From: Cetorhinus maximus | Lineage: Eukaryota | Reading direction: 5' to 3' | DNA: 64,000 bases | Assembly (NCBI RefSeq): GCF_964194155.1 | Contig: NC_135911.1 | Coordinates: 11,222,001 to 11,286,000 of the forward strand | Shown: one piece after another, positions 62,251-64,000 of the stretch | Layout of the letters: each line of letters begins with the position of its first letter | Position numbering within the stretch: position 1 is the stretch's first letter | The notes under the pieces: generated by a model | Databases searched by the model: none | Told to the model about the DNA's origin: nothing | What the model saw: the letters and a program-made list of their open reading frames with translations, nothing else | Made by a program: the position numbers and the translations under genes

Positions 62251-62715
62251 GTATGATCACAGATATACTGAAATGTGTGTGTGGGGGTCCACAAGCGTGG
62301 CTGCTTGTCTGGCAATGTCTCCTCTCCCTGGCTACCCATCCCCATTCCTTTCCCTGGCAACAGGCTGAGACTGAACCTGTCAGCTTGTAACCTCGGGGTC
62401 ACATTTGACCCCCAGATTTGCTCACTGTCAAACCATTCCTATTTCCACCTCCGCAACATTGCCCAGCTTCACCCCGACCCCGTCTCCTCTCATCTCATCT
62501 ACTGCTGAAACCCTCATCCAATCCAGCATTGCCCCCAGATGCGACTATTCCGACAAATCCCTGACTCTTCTCCCACGTTCCACCCTCCGTAAACTTGAGG
62601 TCATCCGAACCTCTGCTGCACGTGTCTTAACTCGCACTGAGTCCCACTCACCTATCATCTCTGGTGCTCACGGACCAGCATTGGCTCCTGGTTAGCAACA
62701 TATTGATTTTAAAAT

Positions 62716-64000
62716 TCCTCCAACCCCTACAACCCTCCCTATCTCTGTAACCTCCTCCAGCCCCAATAACCCTCCCTATCTCTGTAACCTCCACCAGCTC
62801 CTGCAACCCTCCCTATCCCTGTAACATCCTCCAGCCCCTACAACTCTCCCTATCTCTGTAACCTCCTCCAGCCCGTACAACCCTCCCTATCTCTGTAACC
62901 ACCACCAGCTCCTTCAACCCTCCCTATCCCTGTAACATCCTCCAGCCCCTACAACCCTCCCTATCTCTGTAACCTCCTCCAGCCCCTACCAACCTCCCTA
63001 TCTCTGTAACCTCCTCCAGCCCCTACAACACTCCCTATCTCTGTAACTTCCACCAGCCCCACAACACTCCCTATCTCTGTAACCTCCTCCAGCCACTACA
63101 ACCCTGCCTATCTCTGTAACTTCCGCCAGCACCTACAACCATCCCTATCTCTGTAAATTCCTCCAGCGCCTATAGCCCTCCCTATCTCTGTAACGTCCAC
63201 CAGCCCCTAGAACCCTCCCTATCACTCTAATCTCCTCCAGCCCCGACAACAACACTCCCTAACGCTGGAACCTTATCCAACCCCTACAACAATCGCTGTC
63301 TCTGTAACCTCCTCCAGCCCCTACAACCCTCCCTATCTCGATAACCTCCTGCAGCCCCTACAAGCCTCCCTATCTCTGTTAGCTCCTCCAGCCCCTACAA
63401 CCCTCCCTATCTCCTTAACCTCCTCCAGCCCCTACAACACTCCCTATCTCTGTAACCTCGTCCAGCTCGTACAACACTCCCTATCTCTGTAACCTCTTCC
63501 AGCCCCTACAACACTCCCTATCTATGTTACCTCCTCCAGCCCATACAACCCTCCCAATCTCTGTAACCTCCTCCAGGCCCTACAACCCTCCCTATCTCTG
63601 TAACTCCTCCAGCGCCTATAGCCCTCCCTATCTCTGTAACCTCCTCCAGCACGTACAACCCTCCCTATCTCAGTGACCTATTCCAACCCCTTCAAACCGC
63701 CCTAGCTCTGTAACCTCCTCCAGCCACTACAACCCTCCCTATCTCTATAACCTCCTCCAGCCCCTACAACACTCCCTATCTCTGTAACCTCCTCAAGCCC
63801 CTACAACAACACTCCCTAATGCTGTAACCTTCTCCAGGCTCCACAACACTCCCTATCTCTGAAATATCCTCCAGTCCCTACAACACTCCCTATCTCCATA
63901 ACCTCCTCCAACCCCTTCAGCTCTCCCTATCTCTGTAACCTCCTCCAGCCACGACAGCCCTCCTTATCTCTGTAACCTCCTCCAGCCACTACAGCCCTCC
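62716..64000. repeat. 37-bp minisatellite array running to the window end
   Basis: Tandem units. Confidence 0.9.

Overview
Eukaryotic vertebrate DNA, most likely a cartilaginous fish (inferred from the CR1, L2, Tx1 and tRNA-SINE repeat types), not prokaryotic. The window is a head-to-tail (+ strand) tandem array of a 5-exon trypsinogen-family (S1A) serine protease gene. There are four complete near-identical copies (A 4838-12491, B 14490-24082, C 38464-46237, D 48249-56698; 247 aa each), three orphan promoter+exon-1 modules (ATG at 1710, 29703, 34189) and a further exon 1 at 62211 whose gene may continue past the window end. The protein keeps the trypsin scaffold: 12 Cys, H57/D102/S195, Ca-loop glutamates, intron phases 1-2-1-0. 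It has a non-tryptic S1 pocket (Ser189, Thr190, Ser226) and an Asp-free activation peptide (APANVK|IING), so it is probably not a true trypsin. Most of the remaining sequence is retroelement-derived: a 37-bp minisatellite expanded from L2 ORF2, a 33-bp minisatellite expanded from a tRNA-SINE, a 21-bp promoter VNTR, TG/CA microsatellites and CR1 remnants. Copy B alone carries a young Tx1-like LINE with a 16-bp TSD, in frame with the protease ATG. Most ORFs in the supplied track are repeat translations. All alignments and counts were done by eye.
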